This document shows positions 25,101 to 40,100 of a DNA stretch of 64,000 nt, piece by piece. How positions within the stretch are numbered: position 1 is the first letter of the stretch; every line of letters starts with the position of its first letter. The DNA lies in contig NMRA01000617.1 of the NCBI GenBank assembly GCA_002633005.1, positions 149,682 through 213,681 on the forward strand, written 5' to 3'. The position numbers were made by a program, and so were the translations under genes. This DNA comes from Phoronis australis. Its lineage: Eukaryota; Animalia; Phoronida. Below the pieces are notes generated by a model. That model did no database searches. It was not told the origin of the DNA and saw only the letters and a list, made by a program, of their open reading frames with translations.

Positions 25101-28100
25101 TTAGGAACACTTCGGGCATTTTCGTTGCCTCAAATTCTCCGTGTTTCACATCTGCGCATGTGCAGACTGAAGTCATACTGCAAATTATGTAACTCTCTAA
25201 CTGGGCAATGATTGTCCTTAGGTGGCACTGAACAGTTAGGCTGCGGCCGCGGCCAATTTGCACTGCCAACATCTTAAAACTTTGGGGTAGGCCAAGTTTG
25301 ACGTAGCCCTCAAACAAGCCAGATTTGCATAAAAAAATGTTGGTTGGCAGTACTTTTGTACCACATTTTTGGAATTGGTAGAAAATTTGCTTTCGCAATC
25401 TAATGTTGGCTTTAGTCGAGCATCGACAGGGAAGTTGTGATTTTAGGGTGAAAAGTGCCGATTTTGCATTTTTTGCCCTTATTTTTCTTAGTTCAGCTTG
25501 GTTTCCAATGGGAGTGAAAGGGTCAAAAATACAAGAGAGTACAAAGTTTCTGTGCTCATCTGTAGAGCTTTTGTTATAAAATGACTCAAAACTTTTCTTT
25601 ATTTGCATGCAGTTTTTGACAGAGTGAAGAAAGGGTGAAGAGACCATTGACGTGTGTTCTGATAGGCAAATCACTATGAGAACTGTTTAGTGCCTCCTTA
25701 CAACAGAAGTTAGCACATGCGCAGATGTGAGACACATCCGAGAGAAATATTTTTTGATTTCAAAAATACCCGGGGTGTAACAAATGCGTTCAACAACATT
25801 CATGTAGCAGTTGTGGTCATTAGACTTCCGAATGGTCTTATGTGAGATTGCATGTTTTCGGAGGCTGACAAATCTTCAGGGCAAAACAAATTTAAAGAGT
25901 ATAACATGCTAAAAATAGGAGGTCCACCTAGGCCATTGAACAGTCGTGACGAGAAAAGCAGGTAAAGAAGACTCATATTAGAATTTCTTGTTCGGCAAAT
26001 TCGAACAAAATGACACGCATATCCCAACGTAATGGACATTTTGCATCTTCAGTTATTTTAAATAGCTGTCAAGTTGCACCTCCCAGTACATTAAATACGA
26101 CAATGTTTTTAATACAAGAGCCAAAAACATTTACTACACACGAAAAAAACCTTGCCACTCTCCGCAGAAAACTTACGACTCATTGTAATATTGACTTGAA
26201 CGACAACATACAAAATCCTTTTTACTGGGACTGAACTACAGCCACACAGGAAGACTTGCCAAGCACCACGGATTTTCATACAAAAACTGTGAATGGAATT
26301 TCTTTCACAGAAAGTGGAAGGGGTTCTGCTCCTATAATTAAGACTCCTCTCCGGTGTGGAAAGTGTTTTGAGGCCCGTAGCAAGGGTTCCGCCCCCGAGG
26401 AAATGCTGTTGCTTCGAGACAATTCAATGGTTCACACGGCACAGCTGACTATGTATGAACCAGTCAAATGAAGTTTTGAACTTTTGCCTCGTGCTCCGCA
26501 TTTGCCAGATCTGCTCCGTTAAACTAAGTTATTTCCAAAATTGAAATTCTACCGTGTGGTCACCGTTGCCATAGCGATGATGACGCCGTTACGTACTGTT
26601 GAGAGACATAGGGGCTCTTTCGCCAAGGGATCGCAAATCTTGACAAACGAAGGACCAAGAGTAGTGAAGTTAGGACAGATTATGTTGAAAAATAAACATC
26701 TTGTGTTGTTTTCTGGGTGAGACCGGCAACTTATTGAATGGCACTAGTATTAAAGATTAACAATTACGTCAAGCTTTTTGAATGACCCAGGCATAGTATA
26801 ATAGATTAAAATTCATTACTTCTATACCTTTTATTTCGGACTACTTTATGTTTTTACTCATACGTTCCAATATCAAATCCCCAAAACTTCTGTTAAGTAA
26901 TTAACTTATGTAACGCGAACAGTCAATGTTTTGATTTCTTTTTTATAAAAACATGTTGAGTTCCCCATAATGCCTCGATTATGTAGTTATTTTGGTCAAA
27001 AGTCATTAGAATATGCATCACCACATCCGGCATCCCGGCCACGTCAAAATCAACGGACATGTTGTCGGCTCGAAATTCCCCTTGCTGTTCATGGGTGGCA
27101 GGTTTGTAGAATTTGTTTGAGAATCTTAAAAGGGGTTCGTATTTGGGGCTCCGTGGAGAAATGGGTGGAATTTAGCTTTCCCAAAAATATTCATGATAAG
27201 AAATGAAAGTCATTGATATTATTATAGCACAGCACAATTGCGTCACGGCGTGTTACAACATGTTCATTTTGGTTCGCTTTATTACAGCAAAAACACGAAG
27301 ACTGTTGGGGTACTCGAAATGGGTGGAGCTTCGACTCAGATTGCATTTATTCCCGAAGGCCAGATCCTCGCTGACAAGTACCCGGTTAGAGTTGGAGCGC
27401 GAGTCTATTCACTATACGCTCACAGCTACTTGTACTACGGCCAAGATTATACTATTAGACGAGTAAAGGAGGTCTTGGTCAAAAGGAATAAACAAAATAC
27501 AACGCTTGAAAACCCGTGTTTGTTCACAGGTGTGCCAACACATTTTTATAGTTTCTTGTGATGCGCAGTTCCAAGGAGACAATGCAGTCTTCCTACTTTA
27601 CGAAGCGCCCCGGGGATCTTGATGTGGCGTTTGTGTGTGATGTTCTCGCAAACGGTATTTCATTTCTTTTACTTGAAAGTTTTGCACTTAAAAGTACTTT
27701 TCTCGTGATCCACAGTTTTTACTCTCTGGCAGTACGTAAGGGTGAGTACGTGCTTCCTGCATTATTTAAATCAGTTTTTGGCCATAGTAAGATTAAAAAC
27801 CGCACGATCGCCGCACAAATAAATAGTTCATGTTCAATCAACGTTTCGTCTATTCATTAAGGCCCTTTCATATTGACTTAACTCCGGTCTGAGCGGAGCG
27901 TCGACGTAAACAGCGCAGTTAACTGGACCGTTCATACTGGCTTCGGTAGTTAATGACCATCGAAGTAAAGGGATGGTGACGCTGACGTCATCGAAGTTAT
28001 CGCAAGGTAGCGCTGCAGGCTAAGATTGTTTTCAATGTGACAATTTGGGAACATTTAAATGTGCTAAATGACATTAAACTCATTTTTAAATCGATTGCTT

Positions 28101-31100
28101 ATCATTAGATCACAAAATAAGTAGTTATTAGTGACGGCACTACTTTCTAACTGTTGACGATAACAGTGGCACCTGGCGATAACTTCGATTGGACCGGAGT
28201 TAAGAGTTCATACTGCACCGCAGCGTCGACGCTGCGGTCTTAAATCCTCCTGTTAACTGCGATGTTAACTGGAGCTGTTAACTGCGATCCAGGACCGGAG
28301 TTCAGCGTTCATACTGACCGCAACTCCCCAAACCACCGACGCGTCGACGTTAGTATGATTTTTTGTACATAGGAATAGCAAAGAAATGACGCAGTTTTGG
28401 AGAACATAAATTTATCGGGCTTTGCGACTGGAAACTCAAAAAACGTAGAAAAACGCAACAACAATTAACATTCTTCCCCACGATAATCAACAATGCATTT
28501 ATTTTGGTTTGGAGACTTCGCTATTTTTCGTCATCTCTTTTGAATTTAAACCAGTAATCTTGTTCCAAGTCAATAAATAGCGCAGTTACTGTCATTTGAA
28601 GTGCAAACATTTTTGCGACACCAAGTAAATGTGATTTCTGTGCGTGGAAAGAACTAATAATTCGTAAATTCGTAATTGCTTGAGGCTAATCTCTACAAGT
28701 TGGCATGTTAAACCTTGTGTTGAGCAGTAACGAATGATCAATTTTTCACAAGACCAATAATCATTTCTCACCTGATTGTGGAAAAGTTTGAGACCAGTTT
28801 TATAGCGCTAAGCACTCAAAGCCAAGAGTTAGTTTCTTCAACGGAAGGCGTATTTAAAGCTGCTTTTAAGTGGCTTACTTTATTCATTTTTAAGAGCTAA
28901 ATACGAAGGAAATTCAGTTTCAACGTTCACGGTCGACCCTGTTTTGTAGGAGATACTGTTCAAGAAAACGTCAACGGGAGGGACATCACATTCCAGGGGA
29001 CATCAGATTACGACGGTTGTGCTGCCATCATTCGACAATTCATTTATAAAGTCCCACCAGAGCAGTGTTACCCGTTCCCGTGTACCATAGGCAACACTTA
29101 CCAACCCCCACTAGGTAAGTTGCAGGATTCTGTAGTCGCGAACCCAAACAATATTAGTGCTTGATTCTGGTGTAGATGTCTGCCCTCTGGTTCTTTATTT
29201 ATCAATCAATGATGAGGCCAACGCGTTTATTTTAAATAGTCGAACAGAAAAAGCATGCTTTAACGACCTTAACCGTCTTAATTTGAGTTATAATCGAGAT
29301 GATAACTAACGCGAAATAAAGGCTGTGATCACCACGACTATTGTTTGACCATCTCATTTCGTTTAGTACAGTACAACTGTGCACTCTATTTTCATATCTC
29401 TTTGTGATTACACAGNCGATAAGTCAACTTCGAGAAGGGCGACTCGGAGATTGAACATAGGGAGTCTGGGCTCATCAGCCATGGAAGACAACCACTCTAG
29501 AAGAAGAACATTCCGAAATAAAAGCATGAGCTGCCACGAAAATGGAGCATGTTGGCTTAGGACAGCGGGAAGACCTCCTGTACTTGTATCGCCGATCGTG
29601 CAGAAGAGAACGAGACATGCACACATTCTACCCAACATGGCCATACAAACTGATATTTGACGGTATGGTGCTCCCGTGTTTCGCCAGGCGGTGACAGTCT
29701 CGAAAGGACCCACCTTTAGCCACTGGTGAGGTGAATCAGAAAGTCAACCGAAGGCAGCAATATTCAATTCTAGCCAATCGACCAAGTCAATTGGAAACGT
29801 CATTTGCTTCGCTTGTCTTCGCACAGTGGAATGCTGGTGGCCTTCGCAACGAGAAACCCGATCTTGAAGACTTCGTCAGAAGAGAGTATTAAAATGCACA
29901 TCATCTGTATCCCGGAGACACATCTTACAGATACCCATTGCTTTTCCACCAAAGGATACGAGCTCTTCCAACATGGCAGAATCAGTGGTTCCAAGGGAGG
30001 TATTCTCAGCGTTGTACGGAACAGCATCCCAGCGACAGAGATTGGGAGGCAGTGAAAAACAATGAATTTATTGCAGTAAAAGCAGTATTCCAAGGGAGAG
30101 AAATCATCACCAATTTCTACTGCCCACCTGACAAATACCTACGACTACATACTCTTCCCCTGTCTAATCAAGACTTACTCTTACTTGGTGACTTTAACAA
30201 CCACTCACCAAGCTGGGATATATCAACACCTGAACTGTAGATGAGAGCAAATTGAAGATTTTATGATCGACAGCAGTCTCATCCTCATCAACAAGCCAGG
30301 CGACAAGTTGGTTTGCTTGTTCCGAGCTTGGAAGACAACAGGTACAAAAGACCTTGCCATAGTCACGGAGGACATCCAAAAGGAATGTTGTAAACCATTT
30401 AGGTGGGAGCGACCACCCACCCGTCCTGTTGAAGCTATCATTACTAGAACAACAGTCTCTCAAAAGAAAATACCATAGCTGGAACTATAAAAAGGCAAAA
30501 AGAACAGTTTAAAAAACTGACCGACATTCTCTGTAGAAAACTCACAAGGCAGGACATCAACATCAATGTTATACGGATTTCTGACTGCATACTTCAAGCA
30601 GCACGGCAGAGCATTCCAAGAGGAAGAAGAAAAGACTACAAACCATACTGGAGTGACCATCTTCAAAATCTTTATGACCAGCTAACAGAATAATTTGAAA
30701 AAGACCCAATCACAAAAAAACACAACAACCTACGCCAAATCAAAAACTGCATTTGATGCGGAAAGACGATAGAAATCCCCAAATCTTGGCACGAGAAGAC
30801 AAGCTCGTGGACACAGAGCAGCTACGGAAGCTCGCAATGACCCTGAACGACGACCACCAGTGCACTCCAAGATCAACACTCTTGAAAGAGAACGGAGAGA
30901 TTTTCAAAGAGAAAAGAGAATGATGCTTTCCTGTTCGCAAAAAGTTTTAGAGAAGACAGCTTTTTGGATGAAAGAAAATAGAAGTACGAACAAAGAACAA
31001 GAAGGAGGTAAGAAAGAAGTAGCAAATACATCTGCCTTCATGACTGACGACTTCGCCATCCACGATCTTAACGCTTCCATCAGACAGTAAAAAGAACCCC

Positions 31101-34100
31101 CCCCCCGGAAGGACGGCATCAGCAATGAGATGACCTAACACCTTGGTAGTCACACCAAACAGAAACCTCTGGGCATCTACAACCAGTCTTGGAGTACGGG
31201 CCTCTTCCCAGTCAGCTGGAAGGAAGCCAAAATCACTCTAACCCTGAAAAATGACAGGCACAGCAAGAGCAGCTATCGCCCCATCAGCCTCTTCAGCTGC
31301 CCTGGAACTGGTGGAACGCATGGTCACCAAACGCCTGCAGTATCAGCTGGAAAAGAACGAGCTAACCAACCCCACCCTGTCAGGCTTCAGAAAGAATAGA
31401 AGTACTTAGGATCAGATCACACTTCTCACCCATCAGCTTCCATCAGAAAATGAAGATACTGACAGTTTTTGTACACCTCACCAAGACCTTCGATACAGTC
31501 TGGAAGGACGGTCTGCTCCTAAGGATCCTCCAAAAACAAGTATGCGACAAAGTGTATGTTACTTGCTCCAAAGATGAGCTCGAGTAAAGCTGGGAGGTTA
31601 GCCAATCATATTGGTGGAGTTTAGGGAAGGAGTTCTTCTGGGCAGCGTAATTGCGCCTACACTATTTGTTTTCATTCACTGATGACGTATCTGACCACCT
31701 GTCCATGCACATCTCAGATGACCTGGCTGAATGAAAAAAGTAGAGAACATCACCACAGTAGCGTACAGGATGCAGGAAGCCATGACCATCATCTTAAACT
31801 GGTCTAAAGAGTGGGTGGTCACGATCAACAGAGCTAAAACCAAAGTCACAAGTCATGCTTTTTCCTCTCTCCCAAGAAAGAAGAGTTATCCATGCAGCTA
31901 AAATGGCGGAATTTTCCCCATCGCTGCCATGCGCACCAAAGCTACTTAGAAAATGGCCGTGATGAAAAAGTGACCGGTACCAGGTGCTAACATAAAGATC
32001 TTGACCCAAGTTTACACAGGATCTGTCACACCCCAAATTGAGAACGCCTCGAGCGCATAGTCTACAGCTGCCAAAACTACACAGACAACCTTGCCAAGGA
32101 CTAGAATGCGGCCTGTGCTTAATCACAAGAGGAAAGAAGACCACCCCCATCACGGGACTGGAAAAGAAGACAGGTCTAAAGTCATTGGAAGAAAGACGAT
32201 ATGAGAAACTCCTGAGACAGAGAGGCTCCGGTCACACTTACTGCACTCCAAACTCCAAGCCCTAACCAAAAACCGGATCATGAGGCGAAGCTTAAACTAC
32301 CTGATTAAGGTGCTTTATCAGAAATACCAACCACTGCTACCCTCTATCAATTAACCACGGGAAATGCTCCAAGACTTTAAGGAATGGTCGCTGGACGGTA
32401 GTCCTATCACCCTCGACATCCCTGAGATTGGCCCCAGCATTAAAGTTATACGCTCAAGTCTCACATCAAAATTTCAAGTCTTCCTTCTAAATCTCGAGTT
32501 TTTACTCGTGTTTGTAGCTCAAATCTAGGGGCCATCAAGTAAGAACTTGGACTAGAAACTCATCTGAGTAAAGCATTATGCACTTAGGCATGAAATGATA
32601 CTCACTTACCCTGAGTTTGTATTAAAGCAGAGTGGAAAATGTCTAAAATAACGGATCTCAGTTTCGAGTGCAAAGAATAGACCCCGAGCCCTGGTGACGA
32701 GATCGTTTCGTCTACGAGTCGGCTCACCCAGAACTGCCAAACAACATGTCGTGGAAATCGACGATATTTCGTGAGTTCGCTGCAAAGAAATCGATAAAGG
32801 GACACCTTACGAGAAAGGGAAGGAGTAGAAGATATCAACAACAGAAATTGTAGCTTAGCATTGCTTTTGATGTCCGCTATTGCAAGATAACGCCATGCTT
32901 TTCTCAATTGAAATTATTGCCTTTGATTGTGTGGAAATAGTCTGACGGAATCAAAGTAAGAAAATACGATAATGTTGGATTACAAAGTAGTAAAGGCATG
33001 TTGTGTTGATGATGTCATGAGCTTCGATTTAGGTAAACGCCACCTCATTTTTTCGACATCAAATGTGGCTCGTGATGGGGACGGCTAATAGTATTTAGAG
33101 CAGTAAATTTTCGAGTGCCATATAAGAAAAATCATAACGCTAACGTTGACCAATAAAACATATATTTCACGTGTCCAAAAAGGCATTTTGTCTATACCGT
33201 GTGCAATCTTCAACTCTCGACGGGCAGCCAGTGAACGCTGCCCGAAAAAACTTGTCAAATTGCGAGCACTGAAGTAGTTTTTCTCGTCATTATTTGCCTT
33301 ATGAAAAAGTCAAATCACGATACCGAATATATCAGCACATTGCGAAACAACTACTGCACCTACGGTTTCTGTTTCAAACGATCAGGTATCCGTATGAATG
33401 AATCTTGGTGTGTCAATGCCATAGTCAACGGGCTGATATAATCTATGGGCTCGGAGATTTCATATCATGAAGATGCCACTGCGTGCAAAAGTTTATTTCC
33501 CCAGGACCCATTTTGATAATGCTGCTCTATACGTGCACAACTTCGAGGAAGTCACTGGGCATAGATTCTGTTGTTGTAGCTAGTACACCTACAAACGACT
33601 TCCGACAGGGCCCTTGCTCTTGTGTAAATTCACATCGGTAACTATGGAGGTGTTGCCTTCAATTCCCGTAACGGACATCGGGATGTAAAACGACCCCGGC
33701 GCCGTGAAAGCAACCGTAATAGCCCAGGTCTGGATTAAACGCCATGCTAGTTCTTTTTAACCCTGGAAATCCTTTCTAATCTAAGTAAAGCCACAACATG
33801 AGACCGATACGGCAAAACGGGATTAAATCAAAAGCTTTTTTCACAGAAGACGCTGGTGTATTGCAACTAAACGTAATCGAACAAAGTCTGTATAACAACT
33901 GTATTTCAGAGTCCAACTTCTTTTACGCTATCGTGGCTTTCTTTTATACATTGGACGCAATCGGGGCCACTGAAGGTGACGGTACTTTCACTTTGTCCAG
34001 AGCCGAGACAGCCGCACGAGAGTACTGCAACCAGGTAACGTCCGTTTACTCAGCAAATTATTGTCTGGACTCCCATAAGCAGACTTGAAGAAGTAATCTC

Positions 34101-37100
34101 TTCTCAGAATCAATCTAAAATGAAATTGAGTCCCAAAATATGTAATCAGTAGAGGATTAACTGGGGCCCCATCGCGGGCGGACTAGCAACGTGGTACTGC
34201 AAGTTAAGAACAAAGAGACTTAATTGCTTCGCAAAAGGAATATGACTGTCGGGTAGGACAAAACTATAGGCATTGCTGAGTGGAGTTCTATAGTTTTGCA
34301 GATATTTCGCTAAATGCAGAGACTTGTCGATAAGATCCTCTATAACCTTAAAGAGGCACGGAACGTGAAAACTCGTAAAATTGCCTTTTAAACAGATCGT
34401 GGCAAACCTACTTCTCCGGGAAGCTAACGTGGAAGAAAAATCCACGAAGTGATGAGCAACCGACAGATCTCTTCTTTAAAATTTGAAACTGAAGGGAAAA
34501 TGCTTCGACTTCCACAGAAATTCAACATCTTTACGAACAAACTCTAAAAATAAACGGTGAACAGTTGGACTTCTCTTTTAGTGGCAGGGCACCACTGTTT
34601 TTCACGTTTTATGCAACTTTAACGTACACATGTTTTCAACCAACTATAGCACGCCAACAGGCCCTGGAGGAGGATTTGAACGTTATAAATTTGAGTGGTA
34701 TGTAGCAAAATTAAAATCATATTTAACTATAACTCACACGTACACAAGTTACCTACTTTTGGACATGGAACTTCTCTGCCGTGCGGGCACCCTGGCCTTC
34801 ACGGGTCCCGTCAGCCTTGTGGTTAATCGGTCACGGTCTGTCACCTAGCTGGTGTCTTATATGCATCTTTTTGCAGCCTGTCACGTAACCGACGTTGATT
34901 TCCGCGAGTATCGTAAGAGCTGTTTGATTACCTGACTTGACTGAGAATAGAAAGCTGTAAATTAACCCGTTACGTTCATGGGATGTCGGGGAGTCCCATT
35001 CGCATGCCTGAATGTGTCAGTGCACTTCCGTTAGGAAAGTTGCCGCTCACTAGCAGCTCCTGTAATGTTTCTTTGACGGCAGAGGTGGTAATCGAATCCT
35101 CACCACGGACCAAACAACTCTGTCACGGTGCCAAATCCTTACCACGGCAGGAGAAAAACTACGCCACTCACAAAACACTTACCGTAGAGATACATGTATA
35201 CGGAATCATGTTGCTGCCAGTCCAAGTCATACAACGGAACAAGATCAAAAACGCCAAAGAAAGCGTCGGCAGACTGATATGGAAGACATTTTACATAAGC
35301 CTAGCAGGAAGAGTTCAATAACGCTAGAAAGGTCTCGCGATATTCCGCGACAAATCGCCGTGTATTTTTAATGAGACTACCAACGTGATTTTCTCTAGAT
35401 TTTTTGCCGCGAGACATTTACTGAAGTTACCCCGAAATAAAAGCATGAAAATTTTGAGATATCCAGTTGAGAAAACAGATAAAGTTTGAGTGTACTACTG
35501 GAATAAAAACTTACAAAAATTAGTGACCTTGCGTACGCATCTCACGGAATTCAACTTGGCTTGTGACGACGTTAACGTTATTCTGGCCATTTGGTGGCGT
35601 TTTGACCAGACGGCGCGTCACTGACGTCAGAACACCGTCCCATACGTGTGACAAATCGAATCTTAAACCGCCTCTTTTATTTAACGAGGGACTCTCAATG
35701 CGCTAATGGAAAGCTTTTTTACACACATCCTGAACTAGTCTTCCTCACAGTATAGGATAGTGATATCATCAGTATTGAAATCATTGTCCAGTGGCGCACA
35801 GGTGGCTAAAATAGCAGAAACATGAGTGTCCACGTAACTTATGAAGACAGTGGGAGCATAAGATACCTTCCCAAAGTTAAGATGCGTGTAAAATTGCTAA
35901 CTAAAAGTGAATTCGAGTTGCAAAATGGTGTACATGTTACATTTTCATCGTTGCCTCTAGTGTGCAGGGTTGGCACTAATCAGAGTGTGTGGGACAATGA
36001 CTATAATATAGGGAGTGGTGTTGGGTTAGAGCCAGACAGTATAGCTTGTGCTTTTATTGTGACTGGACTACAGTAGAATCTGAAAAGCAATGGTTAAACG
36101 CCATCAATGTAACGATCTAAGGCAACGATATTTATTCTATGAACTTCACCATGACATTTAGCGGCCTAACCATTAATGAAATTTTAAGACTTGTACTCGG
36201 GTGTATTGCTAAAACTGAAGTCAGAAGAAAATTAGCGTTAAATAGCTTATAAACACGCGTGGACGGATTTCTTAATTACGCTAAAATTTTTGTTCAGTGT
36301 GAACTTAAATACTGTTCATGTATGGTAGGTCTGATTTCGCGAGTAAATATATCCATCAACTGTCATCACGGACAAATAACAATTACTATGAACGATTATA
36401 ACTAGGTCGTGCATTTGGATGGTTATAGCTTAGTTTTCACCCCAAGGGAACGTTTGTCTTGGTAAGTGTTATTTTTATGTGTGGAAAGTGTTAAGTGGTA
36501 AGGGTTTCCCTTTCGTGGTGAGCTGATTCTGCGGTCCGGGGTGAGGGCTCGATAACCACAATACCCCTGATCAACACTGATGTAAAGCATAGTTGGTTCT
36601 TGTCTCTAAACCGACTAATTATGAGACCTGCGCTCTCACGTAAAAAACGCATCAACTTCTGGCATATGTTTAAAAAGCTGCATTAAGGCACGTAAGCAAA
36701 AGTAAGAACGATTTGGAACGCCACGATTTGCCAAGCGATGCGAAAACAAACAAAGAAATCCTGGATAATTTTTGCTAGTCTCAGGTGGATGTTTTGAAAA
36801 AGTGAGCAAGACTTGATCTTCCATAAGAGAAACCACAACCAACTATGCTTTTTGACCTGAAAATTGCTTTCAGAATCTGGAACAAGCTTTGGCCAAAGGA
36901 GAACCGCGAGAATTTGTTTCCATTCGTTGCTTAATGGGTACCTACATCCCCATTTTCCTTCACGAGGGACTAGGATTTCCTAAGACAACGAAGCAAATTA
37001 CAGCCACGAAAAAAATCAACGGAAAGTCAATAGGTAATAACCCAATGAGTGTCTATGATTTGTGTCTTTATTTGCTGTCCCATAACCATGTGACTGCATA

Positions 37101-40100
37101 TTTTACGCTTACAGTAAAGCCTCTAATAGAAGCGTGTCTCAGGTAGACTCCAGTTTTTCACGCAAGTCGATGTTTGACTGCACAAATGAGCGGATCATCA
37201 AAACAAGTCTGCAACATTAGCAGACAGTGGGAAGTTTGTAGACGATAAGCCTGTGATTTTGGAACGGCCTTTGTCCTAATTAACAAACGTCAGGCCTCCA
37301 ATTATTTAAAGACCGATCGTTGTATGGAGCCAATTTAAAATTAAATGTCCATGCTTCTATCAGAACGTTTACGGTAGACCTGCGTTCAAAACAATGTGCC
37401 ACTTTAAAGACAACTATTGGTGTACAGGTTTTTTCCGATATTCTGTGGGCACATCAGGGCATAAAGCTTAAAAAGTTATCCGCTGGATAAGTTTGATTGT
37501 TGCACGACGTCAGGTGCATTGTTCAACAATAACAACGTGACGCGTGATAATGCGACGCTTTTGTTGCTATACGGCGTATAACTTTTATACAACTGGGCCC
37601 TGGTGATTATATGAAATGTTGATAAAAGTTATACACCGTGCAGCAACAATGACGTCGCATTATCGTGCGTCACGCTGTTGATGATGAACAATAAACCTGA
37701 CGTCATGCAACAATCGAACTTATCCAGCAGGTAATTATGAAGTTGTATGCAACCCAGCCCATGTGATTACACGAAATTTTAATGATAATCACTATGAAGC
37801 CATAAGAGATAATCAGCTGCATGTTCCGTATATGCAATACACTTGCAAAAACGTGTGATCACACAAGACTGCGAAATTTCGCCATGCATACAAACAAAGC
37901 CAGTGACCACATTAGCTTTACTTGCAAGATCCTTACGTCTACGGAACGCTGCCGTGAACCAGCCACATACCATACGGGCGAGAAATCTACTACCAGAATT
38001 GGAATTCGTTCATCGAGTACAGAACAATGCCGAAGCGTTCAAGGGCGCGGGTCTGGAGATTTATTTCATGGGTTGGGAACTCCGCCCAGTTAGAAGTAAT
38101 AATTATGTGCTCAAAAAGAAATCATACGAGTGCCACAAGACAGCTTTTGCACGGGCGGCGCACCATAGAGGATTGGGGTGGGCTATAGCCCCCACTTTTT
38201 AGTGCTGCGCCACCCATGGACATGGGCGGCGCACCACAAGAGGCTGAGGGGGGCTATAGCCCCCCCCACTTATTTCATTGCTGCGCCGCCCAAGAATGTC
38301 TTACTGTGAAACATTCTTGCATTGAGAAGGTGTAAATCAATTAAATAACACGATTACTGTACCTTATTCCGCTGTGCTCGAGTATATTATGGTTTATGTG
38401 GATGACTGGTAATCTTATTTTACACTTGATGACCCTGACATTAGAGCTACAAGTTCGAGTCTCAACTCGAATTCTCCATTTTTTACTCGAGTTTGTTGCT
38501 CGAATCCAGGGATCGTCAACCGCCAATTTGGAGCACACAAAAGTTTGGATAAAGCTTAATCGAGCACAGAATCATAGATAATTGTCTCTTGTTCGTTTTA
38601 AAAAAAGAAAAAATGTTCCATATATTTCGATTTTGAGTGAAAAGATTAGATTCCGGACACTGGTAATGTAACAATCAAATCCTCACATTGCACCACGTGT
38701 CATTTCTCAATTTTCATTTTTCAGATCATGCGTGGTTACAATTCCACATTTCTTCACACGAAGGATATTTACCTTCTCTATTTTCCACATTTACCCGCAA
38801 TAGTACCCTACTGTGGACAGGGATTGCCTTTTTCATTTATCGATTTATCTTGCTATGTTTTATTCTTGTAAAACGTTTCGTAAATCTTGTGTAGAAAATA
38901 AATCTGAAACTAAATAAGGCGATCCAGATCCTCCCAAGGATACTATTGTTTAACGAAATGTAGAATATAAATAGGTAAATAAAAAACAAGAATGGATCAA
39001 CTGAAATTTTCGGATATAATAATGTCCTTCGTCAACAGAAATAGAAATAAAGTAAAATCAAACACTATATGACAATTGACATTTAAGATGTGGCGTAATG
39101 AATATGATACATTTTTTCGGAAAAAATTCAATGATATAATTTAAGAAAATGTATCATATTCATTACGCTACATCTTAAATGTCAATTGTCATATAGTGTT
39201 TGATTTTAATTTATTTCTGTTTCTGCTGACGAAGGACATTATTATATCCGAAAATTTCAGTTGATCCATTCTTGTTTTTTATTTACCTATTTATATTTCA
39301 AATCTTGTGAAAATTTTTCGTACTGAACAAACTATCACTCTTGGTGTTTGTCTATCTGAGTTTCCTGGGTAGTACTTGAGGCATAAGTTGGAAACAGGTG
39401 CTAGAAAATTTTTGTTGCAAGAAAGCTAGTACCCATTCAGTAGGCCTACATATAGTTCGGAAACTGGTTCACCTTCTAGCGGAATCATTTAATTGAAAAA
39501 ATCGGAGCCCACCATCTCACGGTTCCAAGTTTTGATCACATTTCATTAGGAATATCTAATAAACATGTACACAGACAAACGACAACTCCACTCCATCACT
39601 GCCTTAAACCTATCACTTTCCTGCTATCAATGACAATCGACACCTAGACGTGCCGCATGCGGGCATGACCAGGACGTCCAGCCAAACGCGTGGTCATGTT
39701 TTGCAGGGGATGGGATATACTTTGTGAGCTTCTTTTAAAGCATATATGCAGTGTTGCTACGGAATTAATTTTTTCGTTGTTACGTCAAATGTGCCGGAAT
39801 TGTTTTACCATTCATACTATATATCTCAGGTTTCATGGTAAACCTCATGTTTTGCGCTCCGGATTGCTTATTCGGTGAAGACTGGTCAAGGAGATAGTGT
39901 CTCGTTATAATATTAAATTGCCTTAAGGCAGCAAAAATGTATTTGGGTAGCGCACATGACATATCTTCAGTCGCAGGGGTTAACAGCTATTGTTATTCAG
40001 GTCTATGAATCACTTATTATAATTTCTAAAGACATTGCCTTTATTCGAGAAATATATGAAGCATTAGAGTATTGAGCGGCTCTAAAAGGGACATTTGGTT

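Noticed and set aside
24976-25674. 232-aa minus-strand ORF
   Set aside because: It has a non-ATG start, runs across nested MITEs inside NTPDase intron 3, and shows no recognisable domain.
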